NCBI GenBank assembly: GCA_034521955.1
Contig: JAXHLT010000003.1
Coordinates: 153,778 to 217,777, forward strand
Direction: 5' to 3'
DNA from: Halanaerobiales bacterium
GTDB lineage: Bacteria; Bacillota; Halanaerobiia; Halanaerobiales; M55B127
DNA length: 64,000 bases
Shown here piece by piece: positions 40,728-52,140 of this stretch. Numbering within the stretch: the stretch's first letter is position 1; each line of letters begins with the position of its first letter. The position numbers were made by a program, and so were the translations under genes. The notes under the pieces were generated by a model, which was given only the letters and a program-made list of their open reading frames with translations, had not been told where the DNA came from and searched no databases.

Positions 40728-41978
40728 ATGGTTATTAATCTGATTGGCTTTATCTCACTGTTGATTCTATCCGGATTTTTTTCGGGCTCTGAAACTGCAT
40801 TTATGTCAGCAAACAGAGTAAGAATCAGAGAATTAGTCAATGAAGGTGACAAAAAGGCAGAAAGAGTTGACAAGCTTTTAGAAGACCAAACAAAACTATT
40901 AACCACTATATTAATTGGAAACAATTTAGTTAATATTGCTGCATCTGCAATTGCAACTTCAATTGCTATTAATATGTTTGGTAGTAAAGGAGTTGGAATT
41001 GCCACTGGTGTTGTAACTTTTGTTATTTTGGTATTTGGTGAAATAACACCTAAATCAATTGGTAATAATAATCCGATTAAATATGCAAAACTGGCTTCAG
41101 TAATATTACTTTGGATGGAAAAAATACTATACCCAATCATTTTATTTTTCACTATTTTAATTAAAAAATTAATTGGTGAAGATAAGATGATATCTTCTGC
41201 TTTCATTAGTGAGGAAGAAGTAAGAAGATTTGTAAATGTTAGTGAAGAAGAAGGTGCAATCAAAGAAAGCGAAAAAGAGATGATTCAAAGTGTTTTTGAA
41301 TTTGATGATATAGTTGTTAAAGAGATTATGGTGCCAAGAATTGATATGGTCTGTGTTAGTAAAGAGTCAAGTATCGAAGAAATAGTTGATCTTGCTGTAG
41401 AACAAGGACATTCAAGAATTCCAATTTTTGAAGAAAGCATAGATGATATTATTGGATTAATTTATGTTAAAGATCTATTACAGTTATTACAAAAAGGTAA
41501 AGAAAATCTTACTTTGGGAGATTTGATAAAGCCAATTTATTTTATCCCTGAAAGCAAACAGATTAATAAACTTTTAAAAGAGATGCAAAATAGAAGAGAA
41601 CATATGGCTGTAATTTTAGATGAATATGGTGGAACCTCTGGTCTTATAACAATCGAAGACCTATTAGAAGAAATTGTCGGTGACATACAGGATGAGTTTG
41701 ATCTAGAAAATAAACAGATAAATTTAATTAATAATAAAGAAATATTAGTAGATGCTAGAGTTGATTTAGATGATTTAAATGAAATACTTCCCGTTCCATT
41801 ATTAGATGAAGAAAGTTATGAAACAATTTCTGGTTTTGTTCTTCATAAATTAGGCTATTTGCCTGAAGAAAAAGAAATAATAGAACTAGAAGGAATAACA
41901 ATTGAAATTGAAAAAATTGATGAACATAGAATTCAAAAACTAAGAATTTATACAACTGAACCGATTAAGAACATATAA
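40728..41978 (+). CDS. DUF21-CBS-CorC_HlyC family membrane protein (CNNM/TlyC-like)
   Basis: N-terminal DUF21 TM domain (SGSETA), a CBS pair and a CorC_HlyC C-terminal domain. Confidence 0.85.
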   Translation: MVINLIGFISLLILSGFFSGSETAFMSANRVRIRELVNEGDKKAERVDKLLEDQTKLLTTILIGNNLVNIAASAIATSIAINMFGSKGVGIATGVVTFVILVFGEITPKSIGNNNPIKYAKLASVILLWMEKILYPIILFFTILIKKLIGEDKMISSAFISEEEVRRFVNVSEEEGAIKESEKEMIQSVFEFDDIVVKEIMVPRIDMVCVSKESSIEEIVDLAVEQGHSRIPIFEESIDDIIGLIYVKDLLQLLQKGKENLTLGDLIKPIYFIPESKQINKLLKEMQNRREHMAVILDEYGGTSGLITIEDLLEEIVGDIQDEFDLENKQINLINNKEILVDARVDLDDLNEILPVPLLDEESYETISGFVLHKLGYLPEEKEIIELEGITIEIEKIDEHRIQKLRIYTTEPIKNI

Positions 41979-42014
41979 ACATAATATTATATTGAGAATT
42001 GCAGAGGTGTGAAA

Positions 42015-43172
42015 ATGAAGAAGGGTTTATTGTACGGTCTTATTATATTATTAATTATAGTAGGAGCAGCAGCTGTTTTTTTAAGAGGCAGTTTTCAACA
42101 AGATCCAGTTATTGAAGAAAGTACGACTGAAAAAGAAACAGAAGTAGATAAAATAACTGATACAGATGAAAGTATGGATACTTCTGAATCTGAGTTAAAA
42201 CAAAAAGACGATAAAAAGACAAGTGATTTAACAAAAGATACTGCCTATGAAAGTCATGAACAAAAAACTAGTCAAGAAGATACTAAAGTTTCAAAGTTTA
42301 GTTATCTTCCTATTGAAGACAATATCCTCCATAGAGCAGTAATGGTTAGTGTAGAAAATACACCTCCAGCTCGTCCTCAAGCCGGACTTAATGAAGCACC
42401 TATAGTTTATGAATTTCTTGTCGAAGGTGGAATCACAAGATTTTTAGTACTATATTGGGCGGATATTCCCGAAAAAATAGGTCCGATTAGAAGTTTAAGG
42501 CCTTATATGATCGACATAGCTAAAGAGTATAAAGCACTACTTTTACATGCAGGAGCTAGTCCAGAGGGCTTTGCAATGTTGCAAAGCAAAAATCCACCTA
42601 GTTTAGATCAGATATTTAACGGCAAATATTACTGGAGAAGTGATCAAAAACGTTCTCCACATAATTTGTATACAGGTGAATATAGGATTAGTGATTATTT
42701 AAATGAAATGTTAGGTGTTGAGTATGAAAACCGCTTTAATTTTGAAGAGATTATGATAATTTCCAATGTAAAACAAAAAGCGGAAGTTATTGATATAGAT
42801 TACTGGGGTAATTACAAGGTCATTTATGAATATAATAGTGAAGACAATACATATTTAAGATTTTTAAACAATGATAAGACACCTCATTATGTTGAAAACG
42901 GAGATCAAATAAGAGTAAAAAATATTATTGTTCAGTTTGTTAAAACTCAAGTTAAAGATGATGTAGGAAGATTAGGGATGGAAATTACTGGAGAAAATAA
43001 AGCCCTGTATTTTAGAAATGGTTTGGTATCTGAAGGAACTTGGAAAAAAACTGACAATGGTTTAACTAAATTTTATAATAATGAGAATAAACTTATTAAA
43101 GTTAATCCGGGAAATACATGGATTCAAGTTGTTCCTACAAATACAAAAATTACATATAAGGAAAGTGAATAA
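42015..43172 (+). CDS. DUF3048-domain exported protein (YerB-like)
   Basis: Signal/anchor helix and an acidic linker, then RAVMVSVENTPPARPQAGLNEAPIVYEFLVEGGITRF, which I recall as typical of DUF3048. Confidence 0.7.
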   Translation: MKKGLLYGLIILLIIVGAAAVFLRGSFQQDPVIEESTTEKETEVDKITDTDESMDTSESELKQKDDKKTSDLTKDTAYESHEQKTSQEDTKVSKFSYLPIEDNILHRAVMVSVENTPPARPQAGLNEAPIVYEFLVEGGITRFLVLYWADIPEKIGPIRSLRPYMIDIAKEYKALLLHAGASPEGFAMLQSKNPPSLDQIFNGKYYWRSDQKRSPHNLYTGEYRISDYLNEMLGVEYENRFNFEEIMIISNVKQKAEVIDIDYWGNYKVIYEYNSEDNTYLRFLNNDKTPHYVENGDQIRVKNIIVQFVKTQVKDDVGRLGMEITGENKALYFRNGLVSEGTWKKTDNGLTKFYNNENKLIKVNPGNTWIQVVPTNTKITYKESE

Positions 43173-43175
43173 AAG

Positions 43176-43580
43176 ATGATTGATAAAGTAAAAAAGGAAA
43201 AACTTTATAATGCAGCAAAAGATGTTATTGATAATGCTTATGTACCTTATTCTAATTTTCCATTAGCAGCTGCTTTATTGACAAAAGAAGGCAAAATATT
43301 TACTGGTGTAAATATAGAAAATGCTGCATATGGGGCTACAATGTGTGCTGAAAGAACAGCTATTTTTAAAGCTGTTTCTGAAGGATATAAGGATTTTGAA
43401 GCTATTTTGGTATTAACTAATACAAATAATCCAGTCTCTCCATGTGGAACCTGTAGACAGGTTATAAATGAGTTTAACGAGGATTTAGAAGTAATAATGA
43501 TGACAAAAGACAAAAATGAAATAACAAAAACTAATAATGAACTTTTACCAGGTTCTTTTAGTAAGGATGATATGAAATAA
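43176..43580 (+). CDS. cdd: Cytidine deaminase
   Basis: CAERTA and PCGTCRQ zinc-ligand motifs. Confidence 0.9.
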   Translation: MIDKVKKEKLYNAAKDVIDNAYVPYSNFPLAAALLTKEGKIFTGVNIENAAYGATMCAERTAIFKAVSEGYKDFEAILVLTNTNNPVSPCGTCRQVINEFNEDLEVIMMTKDKNEITKTNNELLPGSFSKDDMK

Positions 43581-44464
43581 TGAGTTTTAAATCAGGTTTT
43601 GCAACAATTATAGGAAGACCTAATGTAGGTAAATCTACTTTAGTGAATTATTTGATTGGTGAAAAGATTTCAATTACTTCACCTAGACCACAAACTACCA
43701 GAAATAGTATCAAGGCAATTTTTACTAATGAAGAAGGGCAAATAATTTTTGTAGATACACCAGGAATTTATAAGACCAAAAATGATTTAGATAAATATAT
43801 GGTAAATGAGGCATATAAAAGTCTTGATGGAATTGATTTAATAATTTTTATGGTCGATGCAACAGAAAGGATTGGCAAAGAAGACAAAATGATCTATAGT
43901 CAGATCAAAAACTCTTCAAATCCTCATGTGATTGTATTAAATAAGATTGATCGAATTAAGAAAAAAAAGATTCTACAGGTTATTAAAGAATACGAAAAAG
44001 AGTTTAATGAAGATATTATTCCTATTTCATCTAAAATGGGAAGTAATATTGATAGTCTACTTGATAATATTTTCAAATTATTACCTGAAGGACCACAATA
44101 TTATCCAGCAGATATGATAACTGATCAAATTGAACAGTTTATAGTTGCTGAAATGATTAGAGAAAAAACATTTTATTTATTAAGAGAAGAGGTACCCTTT
44201 GGTATTGCTGTTGTCATTGAAGAAATGAAAGAAAGAGAAGATGAAGTAATGTATATAAGAGCAAATATATATGTTGAGAAAAAATCTCATAAAGGAATTA
44301 TTATAGGAAAAAATGGAAGTATGTTAAAAAAGATAGGAACAAGAGCAAGAAAAGATATTGAAAAACTTTTACAGCAAAAAGTTTATTTAGATTTATGGAT
44401 AAAAATAGAAAAAGATTGGCGTGATAATGAGGCATTATTAAGAAGGATGGGGTATAAAAGTTAG
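43580..44464 (+). CDS. era: GTPase Era
   Basis: G1 GRPNVGKST, G3 DTPG, G4 NKID and a KH domain C-terminus. Confidence 0.95.
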   Translation: MSFKSGFATIIGRPNVGKSTLVNYLIGEKISITSPRPQTTRNSIKAIFTNEEGQIIFVDTPGIYKTKNDLDKYMVNEAYKSLDGIDLIIFMVDATERIGKEDKMIYSQIKNSSNPHVIVLNKIDRIKKKKILQVIKEYEKEFNEDIIPISSKMGSNIDSLLDNIFKLLPEGPQYYPADMITDQIEQFIVAEMIREKTFYLLREEVPFGIAVVIEEMKEREDEVMYIRANIYVEKKSHKGIIIGKNGSMLKKIGTRARKDIEKLLQQKVYLDLWIKIEKDWRDNEALLRRMGYKS

Positions 44465-44593
44465 TAATAGTGTAATTTAATAATTAATACTATAAAAAAA
44501 TTACAGCTAAAACTAAATTTTTTAAATATAATGTCAAAAAATTAGAGTTTCAAATTATTGATTATTTATAAATTCTTAAAGGAGTGGTTAATA

Positions 44594-45277
44594 GTGGCGA
44601 TTAAACCTAGAGACATGGCAAAGATGATCGATCATACAAACTTAAATGCAACTGCAACAGTTGATGATATTAAAAAATTATGTGAGGAAGCACTTGAACA
44701 TCAATTTGCTTCTGTTTGTATTCATCCGATTTATGTACCTTTAGCAACAAAGTTATTAGAGGAATCTTCTGTAAAGGTATGTACAGTTATCGGATTTCCA
44801 TTAGGGGCAAACACAGCAGAAACGAAAGCATTTGAAACCAAAAATGCTATAAAAAATGGTGCTCAAGAAGTAGATATGGTTATGAACATTGGGGCATTTA
44901 AATCAGGTGCCTATGATCTGGTAAGATCAGATATTAAAGCAGTAAAAGATGCAACAAAAGCAGCTGGTGTTAGTTCTGATGTTATAGTCAAAGTAATATT
45001 AGAGACCTGTTATCTTAGTGATGATGAAATCGTAAAGGCTTGTGAGATAGTAAAAGATGGTGGAGGAGATTTTGTTAAAACTTCAACTGGTTTCGGTACT
45101 GAAGGTGCAGTAGAAGAAAAAATTAGTATAATGAGAAAAACTGTAGGAAGAGATATTGGAGTTAAAGCTTCAGGTGGAATTAAAAACTTTGAGCAAGCGT
45201 TATCTATGCTTGATGCCGGAGCTAACAGAATTGGTGCAAGTTCAGGAGTGAATATAGTAACTGATCCAGATGAATAA
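44594..45277 (+). CDS. deoC: Deoxyribose-phosphate aldolase
   Basis: [25 protein letters not shown] (Schiff-base Lys) and GVKASGGI motifs. GTG at 44594 follows SD AAAGGAG. Confidence 0.9.
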   Translation: MAIKPRDMAKMIDHTNLNATATVDDIKKLCEEALEHQFASVCIHPIYVPLATKLLEESSVKVCTVIGFPLGANTAETKAFETKNAIKNGAQEVDMVMNIGAFKSGAYDLVRSDIKAVKDATKAAGVSSDVIVKVILETCYLSDDEIVKACEIVKDGGGDFVKTSTGFGTEGAVEEKISIMRKTVGRDIGVKASGGIKNFEQALSMLDAGANRIGASSGVNIVTDPDE

Positions 45278-45295
45278 TAAAGGAAGGTTAATTAA

Positions 45296-46069
45296 ATGTC
45301 CTTGATAGAAACTGAAGCAATTGTTTTAAAACAGTTTGATTTAGGAGAAACTGATAAAATAATAACATTTTATACTAAAGAATATGGAAAAGTTAGAGCT
45401 GTAGCTAAAAAAGCTAGAAATTCAAAAAACAATAAAACTTCTGCTATAGTATTACCTTATTGTTATAACTTTATTAAGGTATATAAAAGCAAATCACTTG
45501 ACCGGATTAATTATGTAGATAACATACACAGATTTGAAGAACTAAGAAACAACTTGAATAAAATGGCTTATGCAGCTTATTTTTCTGAAATGGTTGAAAA
45601 AGTTGGTATGGAATACCATTCAAATCCTAAATTGTTTAATCTGTTATTAGAAACTTTTAATAACATGGTAACTATTGAAGAAAGTGATCTAGAAAAGATT
45701 AATATAATATTTAAACTATTATTTCTTAACATTGTGGGTATTCAACCAACAATAAATTATTGTTATGAATGTGGAAAAAAAATAATAACTTCTAGTAGAC
45801 AGTTGTTTAATGTTAATGAAGGTGGACTTATTTGTTCTGAATGTGCGAGAAACAAAAATGATAGTTTGTATAATTTAAAGCAAAATGAAATTGATTTAAT
45901 TAAAAGAATATATCGAAACAAAATTAACGCTTTAGATGATATTTCTGTGGATAAAAACATATTAAATAAGTTAGATAAATTAATTGATGAATTTATAATA
46001 TACCATCTTGATATAAAATTGAAATCCTATGATTTTTTACAAATCATAAAAGGGTTTGATAAAAATTAA
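45296..46069 (+). CDS. recO: DNA repair protein RecO
   Basis: N-terminal OB fold (EAIVLKQFDLGETDKIITFYT), zinc module CYECGK...CSEC, and conserved position after era. Confidence 0.85.
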   Translation: MSLIETEAIVLKQFDLGETDKIITFYTKEYGKVRAVAKKARNSKNNKTSAIVLPYCYNFIKVYKSKSLDRINYVDNIHRFEELRNNLNKMAYAAYFSEMVEKVGMEYHSNPKLFNLLLETFNNMVTIEESDLEKINIIFKLLFLNIVGIQPTINYCYECGKKIITSSRQLFNVNEGGLICSECARNKNDSLYNLKQNEIDLIKRIYRNKINALDDISVDKNILNKLDKLIDEFIIYHLDIKLKSYDFLQIIKGFDKN

Positions 46070-46089
46070 ATTAAAGGTAGAATCATCTA

Positions 46090-46120
46090 CCTCGTCTCTG
46101 ATTGGGATGAGGTATTTGTA
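46090..46120 (+). terminator. Possible terminator after recO
   Basis: CCTCGTCTC-TGATT-GGGATGAGG (two G-U pairs) followed by TATTTGTATT, a weak U tract. Confidence 0.45.
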
Positions 46121-46163
46121 TTATAGAAAAATGATATAATTTTATTTGGAAGGAATGATTTTG

Positions 46164-47048
46164 ATGAATTTTCAGGACATGATACAAAATTTACACAATT
46201 TTTGGAGTAATCATAATTGTATAATTGAACAGCCTTATGATATAGAAGTTGGAGCAGGAACAATGAGTCCATCTACATTTTTAAGATCTCTGGGTCCTGA
46301 ACCATGGAGAACCGGATATGTACAACCTTGTAGAAGGCCTGCAGATGGTAGATATGGGGAAAATCCTTTTAGATTACAAAGATATTTACAGTATCAAGTT
46401 ATAATTAAACCATCTCCTGATAATATACAAGAGATGTATTTAGATAGTTTAAAAGCTTTAGGAATAAATCCAAAACAACACGATATAAGGTTTGTTGAAG
46501 ATAACTGGGAAGCACCAACTTTAGGAGCCTGGGGATTAGGTTGGGAAGTATGGCTTGATGGTATGGAAATTACTCAGTTTACTTATTTTCAGCAAGTCGG
46601 TGGAATAGATTGTAATCCTGTTACTGCTGAAATAACATACGGTTTAGAACGAATAGCGATGTATTTACAAGATGTAGATAGTATTTTTGATATTGAATGG
46701 GTTGATGGTATAAATTATGGTGATGTAAACATGCAGATTGAAAAAGAAAATTCTATTTATAATTTTGAAGAATCAAATATAGATAATCTATATAACTTAT
46801 TTAAAATCTATGAAGATGAGGCAAACCATTTGATAGAAAAGGATTTAATATATCCTGCATATGATTATACATTAAAGTGTTCACATGTTTTTAATTTATT
46901 GGATGCAAGAGGTGCAATCAGTGTTTCAGAAAGAACTGGATATATTTCAAGAGTTCGAGATCTTGCCAGAAAATGTGCCAGGGGTTATGTAAATAAAAGA
47001 GAAGATCTAGGTTTTCCTTTGTTGAAGGGAAGTGATAGTAATGAATAA
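46164..47048 (+). CDS. glyQ: Glycine--tRNA ligase alpha subunit
   Basis: [33 protein letters not shown] is highly conserved GlyQ sequence. Confidence 0.95.
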   Translation: MNFQDMIQNLHNFWSNHNCIIEQPYDIEVGAGTMSPSTFLRSLGPEPWRTGYVQPCRRPADGRYGENPFRLQRYLQYQVIIKPSPDNIQEMYLDSLKALGINPKQHDIRFVEDNWEAPTLGAWGLGWEVWLDGMEITQFTYFQQVGGIDCNPVTAEITYGLERIAMYLQDVDSIFDIEWVDGINYGDVNMQIEKENSIYNFEESNIDNLYNLFKIYEDEANHLIEKDLIYPAYDYTLKCSHVFNLLDARGAISVSERTGYISRVRDLARKCARGYVNKREDLGFPLLKGSDSNE

Positions 47049-49113
47049 AAGTATTTTAGAAATTGGTACAGAAGAAATACCAGCTAAACTTGTTGATGAA
47101 ATATATTCAAATTTTGAACAAAAAACAAAAGAACTATTAGATGAATATAGAATCAGTTTTGATGATATAGATGTTTTTGGATCTCCAAGAAGAATTGCTG
47201 TTAAAATAACGGGTTTATCTGAATTGCAAAACAAAACAGTAAATGAAATAAAAGGACCTCCGAAAAATATTGCTTTTGATGATAATAATGAGCCAACCAA
47301 AGCAGCCACAGGATTTGCTAAGGGACAGGGTATTGAAGTTTCAGACTTAATAGAAAGAGAAACAGACCGTGGTATTTATCTTTATGCAGTGATAGAAAAG
47401 GATAGAGAGAATACTAAAGAAGTATTATCTACTGTTTATAAAAGGCTAATAAAAGAAGTTAATTTACCTATTACTATGAGGTGGAGTAACCACAATTTAA
47501 AATTTATTAGACCAATTCACTGGATTTTAGCATTATTTAATGATGAAAAAATAGAATTTTCTTTGGAGCATTTAAAAGCAAGCAATATAACTTATGGACA
47601 TAGATTTCTTGCAAATAGAAAATTTGTAATTAAAACTGTTGATGATTATAAGAGAGTATTAAAAAAAGCAGATGTTGTTGTAGATCCAGAGCAAAGAAAA
47701 GAAATAATTTTACAAGAAATAAATACTATTATTTTAGAAAAAAATCTTAAATTTAAAAAAGATGAAAATCTCTTAAAAGAAGTAATACATCTAGTTGAAA
47801 ACCCGAGTCCATTTATTGCAAGTTTTGATGAAAAATATCTAAAATTACCGGAACCTGTTATTGTAACTCCTTTAAAAGAACATCAAAAGTATTTTCCTTT
47901 ATGGAATAAAGATGGTTCTTTAAGTAATAAGTTTGTTGTTGTTAAAGAGGGTGGAAAAGAATATATTAATAATGTTCGCGAAGGTAATGAAAAAGTATTA
48001 AGAGCAAGGCTTGAAGATGCTGACTTTTATTATAAAAGAGATTTAAACAGCAGCCTTGATTCTTTCTTTGAAGATTTAAAAGGATTAGTTTTAAGAGAAG
48101 AGTTAGGCAGCATGTATGATAAAAGTAAAAGAAATATGGAGTTAAGCAAAAAAATAGCTAAACAGCTAGATTTTAGTGAAGAAGAAATAGAAATGGCTGA
48201 AAAAGCATCGAAGTATTCAAAAGTTGATTTGGTTTCTCTGATGGTTAGAGAGTTTCCAGAATTGCAGGGAGTAATGGGAAGTATTTATGCTAAAAAAGAA
48301 GGATACAATCAAAAAATATGTGATGCAATAAAAGAACACTATTTACCTGATTCAGCTGATAGTAAGTTACCAAGCTCGAAATTAAGTAAAGTTGTTAGCT
48401 TAAGTGATAAAATTGATACATTGACCGGTTTTTTTGGTATAAACTTAATACCTACAGGTTCTCAAGATCCATATGGATTAAGAAGAGCTGCTATAGGTAT
48501 ATATCGACTAATTGAAGATTTAAATTTTGAATTAGAAGTAGAAAAATTATTTCAATTAAGTTTAGAAGTTTATAGAGATGCTAATCAAGATTTAAAAATC
48601 GATGATAAAGTTATTAGTAATATACGAGAGTTTATGCTTGATAGGATTCAATATATTTTCAAAGATAAAGGTTATGATGTTGATATTATTAGAACTGTTG
48701 TATATGGATTACCTTTATCAATCCCATTAATTAAGAAAGCCTTAAAATTATTAGATGATGTTAAGGACAATGAATCATTTAATGAATTTTTAACAGCATA
48801 TAATCGTGTGGACAGTATTATTAAAGATGTTAAAGCAGCTGATGTTGATGAAAATTTATTTGAAAAAGAAGAAGAAAAAATATTATATAATCAATACAAA
48901 AAAATATATAATGAGGTAAATTCTCATATAGATAATAATAATCTAGAAAATGCCTATGATAGTTTGATTAAAATAATAGAACCAGTTCATGACTTTTTTG
49001 AAGAAGTTAGGGTAATGGCTGAAGATCCAAAAATAAAAAATAATAGACTATCATTACTGAAAAACATTCAGGTATTAATGAAAAGTCTAGGAGACTTTTC
49101 ATTTAAACAATAA
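47041..49113 (+). CDS. glyS: Glycine--tRNA ligase beta subunit
   Basis: [13 protein letters not shown]-terminus. The start overlaps the glyQ stop. Full-length GlyS. Confidence 0.9.
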   Translation: MNKSILEIGTEEIPAKLVDEIYSNFEQKTKELLDEYRISFDDIDVFGSPRRIAVKITGLSELQNKTVNEIKGPPKNIAFDDNNEPTKAATGFAKGQGIEVSDLIERETDRGIYLYAVIEKDRENTKEVLSTVYKRLIKEVNLPITMRWSNHNLKFIRPIHWILALFNDEKIEFSLEHLKASNITYGHRFLANRKFVIKTVDDYKRVLKKADVVVDPEQRKEIILQEINTIILEKNLKFKKDENLLKEVIHLVENPSPFIASFDEKYLKLPEPVIVTPLKEHQKYFPLWNKDGSLSNKFVVVKEGGKEYINNVREGNEKVLRARLEDADFYYKRDLNSSLDSFFEDLKGLVLREELGSMYDKSKRNMELSKKIAKQLDFSEEEIEMAEKASKYSKVDLVSLMVREFPELQGVMGSIYAKKEGYNQKICDAIKEHYLPDSADSKLPSSKLSKVVSLSDKIDTLTGFFGINLIPTGSQDPYGLRRAAIGIYRLIEDLNFELEVEKLFQLSLEVYRDANQDLKIDDKVISNIREFMLDRIQYIFKDKGYDVDIIRTVVYGLPLSIPLIKKALKLLDDVKDNESFNEFLTAYNRVDSIIKDVKAADVDENLFEKEEEKILYNQYKKIYNEVNSHIDNNNLENAYDSLIKIIEPVHDFFEEVRVMAEDPKIKNNRLSLLKNIQVLMKSLGDFSFKQ

Positions 49114-49386
49114 AATTCAATTTATAAGCAGGTATTTTAACATAAGTATTGAATATTTATAAATGCGTGTAAAATTAATTGTAATAAATCACTAAAATAT
49201 AACCTATTAAGGCTATATATTCTGTTCAGGAGGTGATTTTAAACAAATTTTACTTAAATGTATATCTATCTTTAAATAAATTATGTTAAAAATAAACTAC
49301 GGCTAAATAATTAATTTATTTGGAGAGTTATATTTATATTTGTGCAATGTAAATACTTTATACTAAACTGAGGAGGAATAAAATTT

Positions 49387-52047
49387 ATGGCTGAAAACAA
49401 GTATGTATATTTTTTCGGTGGTGGAGAAGCAGATGGTAGAACAGGATTAAAAAATTTATTAGGTGGTAAAGGTGCTAATATAGCTGAAATGACAAATCTA
49501 GGAATTAATGTACCACCTGGATTTACTATTACTACAGAGGTTTGTACATTGTATTATGATAATGATGAAAATTATCCTGAAGGGTTAGATGAACAGGTCG
49601 AAGAAGCTCTTTTAAGATTAGAAGATCTAATGGACCAAGAGTTTGGAGATATTGAAGATCCATTACTAGTATCAGTTAGGTCAGGTGCCAGAAAGTCAAT
49701 GCCTGGTATGATGGATACTGTATTAAATCTAGGTTTAAATGATGAAACAGTTAAAGGATTGGCAAAAAAAGCTGGTAATGAAAGATTTGCATATGATTCT
49801 TATCGTAGATTTGTCCAAATGTACGGTAATGTAGTGTTAGGATTAGATGGTGGAGACTTTGAAAAAGTAATTGAAAGAAAAAAAGAAGAATATGATGCAG
49901 AGATTGATACCGACTTAGGTGTAGAAGCATTAAAAGAGTTAGTTACTGAATTTAAAGAACATATTAAAAAGGAAACTGGTTTAGATTTCCCTGAAGATCC
50001 AAAAGAACAACTTTGGAAAGCTATAACTGCTGTCTTTGGTTCTTGGAATAATGAAAGAGCTATCAGTTATAGAAACTTAAATGATATTCCACACCATTGG
50101 GGAACAGCAGTAAATGTTCAAACAATGGTTTACGGTAATCAGGGAGAAAACTGTGGTACAGGTGTAGCCTTTACTAGAAACCCTTCCACAGGGGAGAAAA
50201 AGTATTATGGTGAATACTTGAAAAACGCTCAAGGTGAAGATGTAGTATCTGGTGTTCGTACACCTAAAGATATTTCGGAATTAGAAAATGATATGCCTCA
50301 AGCCTATAAACAGTTGATTGAAATATTTGAAAAACTAGAGCAGCACTATAAAGATGTACAAGATGTTGAGTTTACTATACAGCAGGGCGAATTATACATG
50401 CTTCAAACTAGAACTGGTAAAAGAACAGCAAAAGCTGCCATTAAGATAGCTGTTGATATGGTAGATGAAGGATTAATTGATAAAGAAACTGCAGTAATGA
50501 GAATTGAACCTAAGAAATTAGATCAGCTACTTCATAAAAGAATTGACCCTGATGCAGAGATAGATTTATTAGCTACTGGTTTGGATGCATCTCCAGGAGC
50601 TGCATCTGGTGAAGTAGTTTTTGATTCCGATGAAGCAGCAGAAAGAGGAGATGCCGGTGAAAAAGTAATTCTAGTAAGAACTGAAACATCTCCTGAAGAT
50701 ATACACGGTATGGCTGCAGCACAAGGTATTTTAACATCTCGCGGTGGTATGACTAGTCATGCAGCAGTTGTTGCTCGTGGTATGGGTAAACCTGCAGTTG
50801 CCGGTTGTGAAGCTATAAATGTTAATTATGAAAAAGAAGAGTTTACAGTTGATGGTAGAACAATTAAAAAAGGTGAACTTATAACTATTGATGGTGGTAA
50901 TGGAGAAGTTTCTTATGGTGTGGCACCAACAATTGATCCCGAAATGGATGAAAACTTCGAAAGGCTTATGGAATGGGCCGATGACTTTAGAAAGATAAAT
51001 GTTAGAACTAATGCTGATACCCCTGAAGATGCTAAAAAAGCATTAGAATATGGTGCTGAAGGTATTGGTTTAACAAGAACTGAGCATATGTTCTTTGGTG
51101 ATGAACGTCTACCAATCGTACAAGATATGATTTTAGCTCAAGATTCTGATGTTAGAAAAGAGGCATTAGATAAGTTATTACCAATGCAAAAAGAAGACTT
51201 CAAAGGAATTTTTGAAGCAATGGGAGAAAGGCCAGTTACTATAAGATTATTAGATCCACCACTACATGAATTTTTACCAGACCATGATGAACTGCTAGTG
51301 GAAGTTACAGAGTTAAGAGTAAGAGGTAATGATGATAAAAAATTAAAAGAAAAAGAGAATATGTTAAAAGCAATGGCTCGTTTGGAAGAAATGAATCCTA
51401 TGCTTGGTCATAGAGGTTGTAGATTGGGAATCAGTTATCCTGAAATATATAATATGCAGGTAAGAGCAATCTTTGAAGCAGCTGGTGAACTTGTTAAAGA
51501 AGGAAAGAAAGTAACACCTGAGGTTATGATTCCTTTAGTTTCTGATATAAGTGAACTTAAATTAACAAAAGATGCTGCTAAGAAAACTGCTGAAACAGTA
51601 TTAGATGAGTTAGGAATTGAACTTGATTATACAATTGGTACAATGATTGAACTACCAAGAGCTTGTATAACTGCAGATGAAATTGCTAAAGAAGCTGAGT
51701 TCTTCTCATTTGGTACAAATGACTTAACTCAGACTACTTATGGATTTAGTCGTGATGATGCAGAAGGTAAATTCTTAGCAAAATATATTGAAGATAATAT
51801 CTTTGAAAACAATCCATTCCAGGTATTAGATCAAGAAGGTGTAGGCGAGTTAATGAAAATGGGTGTAGATAAGGGTCGTTCAACACGAAAAGATCTAAAA
51901 GTAGGAATTTGTGGTGAACATGGTGGAGAACCTAGTTCAGTTAAATTCTGTCATAGAGCAGGACTAAACTATGTATCATGTTCTCCATTTAGAGTACCTA
52001 TTGCTCGTCTATCTGCGGCTCAAGCTCAGATAGAAGATCAACAGTAA
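49387..52047 (+). CDS. ppdK: Pyruvate, phosphate dikinase
   Basis: GGKGANIAEM ATP-grasp motif, phospho-His region TSRGGMTSHAAVVARGMG and the PEP-utiliser C-terminus GICGEHGG. Confidence 0.95.
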   Translation: MAENKYVYFFGGGEADGRTGLKNLLGGKGANIAEMTNLGINVPPGFTITTEVCTLYYDNDENYPEGLDEQVEEALLRLEDLMDQEFGDIEDPLLVSVRSGARKSMPGMMDTVLNLGLNDETVKGLAKKAGNERFAYDSYRRFVQMYGNVVLGLDGGDFEKVIERKKEEYDAEIDTDLGVEALKELVTEFKEHIKKETGLDFPEDPKEQLWKAITAVFGSWNNERAISYRNLNDIPHHWGTAVNVQTMVYGNQGENCGTGVAFTRNPSTGEKKYYGEYLKNAQGEDVVSGVRTPKDISELENDMPQAYKQLIEIFEKLEQHYKDVQDVEFTIQQGELYMLQTRTGKRTAKAAIKIAVDMVDEGLIDKETAVMRIEPKKLDQLLHKRIDPDAEIDLLATGLDASPGAASGEVVFDSDEAAERGDAGEKVILVRTETSPEDIHGMAAAQGILTSRGGMTSHAAVVARGMGKPAVAGCEAINVNYEKEEFTVDGRTIKKGELITIDGGNGEVSYGVAPTIDPEMDENFERLMEWADDFRKINVRTNADTPEDAKKALEYGAEGIGLTRTEHMFFGDERLPIVQDMILAQDSDVRKEALDKLLPMQKEDFKGIFEAMGERPVTIRLLDPPLHEFLPDHDELLVEVTELRVRGNDDKKLKEKENMLKAMARLEEMNPMLGHRGCRLGISYPEIYNMQVRAIFEAAGELVKEGKKVTPEVMIPLVSDISELKLTKDAAKKTAETVLDELGIELDYTIGTMIELPRACITADEIAKEAEFFSFGTNDLTQTTYGFSRDDAEGKFLAKYIEDNIFENNPFQVLDQEGVGELMKMGVDKGRSTRKDLKVGICGEHGGEPSSVKFCHRAGLNYVSCSPFRVPIARLSAAQAQIEDQQ

Positions 52048-52140
52048 TAATAAGTATTTTGAAAATAAGATACTTTAATGGGAAGAGTCCATGCTTTATA
52101 GTATGGGCTTTTCTTACTTTATTAAAAAGGGGAAAAAATA

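Noticed and set aside
40685-41263. 192-aa ORF on the minus strand
   Set aside because: It lies entirely antisense to the well-supported DUF21-CBS gene and has Ser/Ile/Leu-rich low-complexity composition. It has no SD and is an antisense shadow ORF typical of AT-rich DNA.
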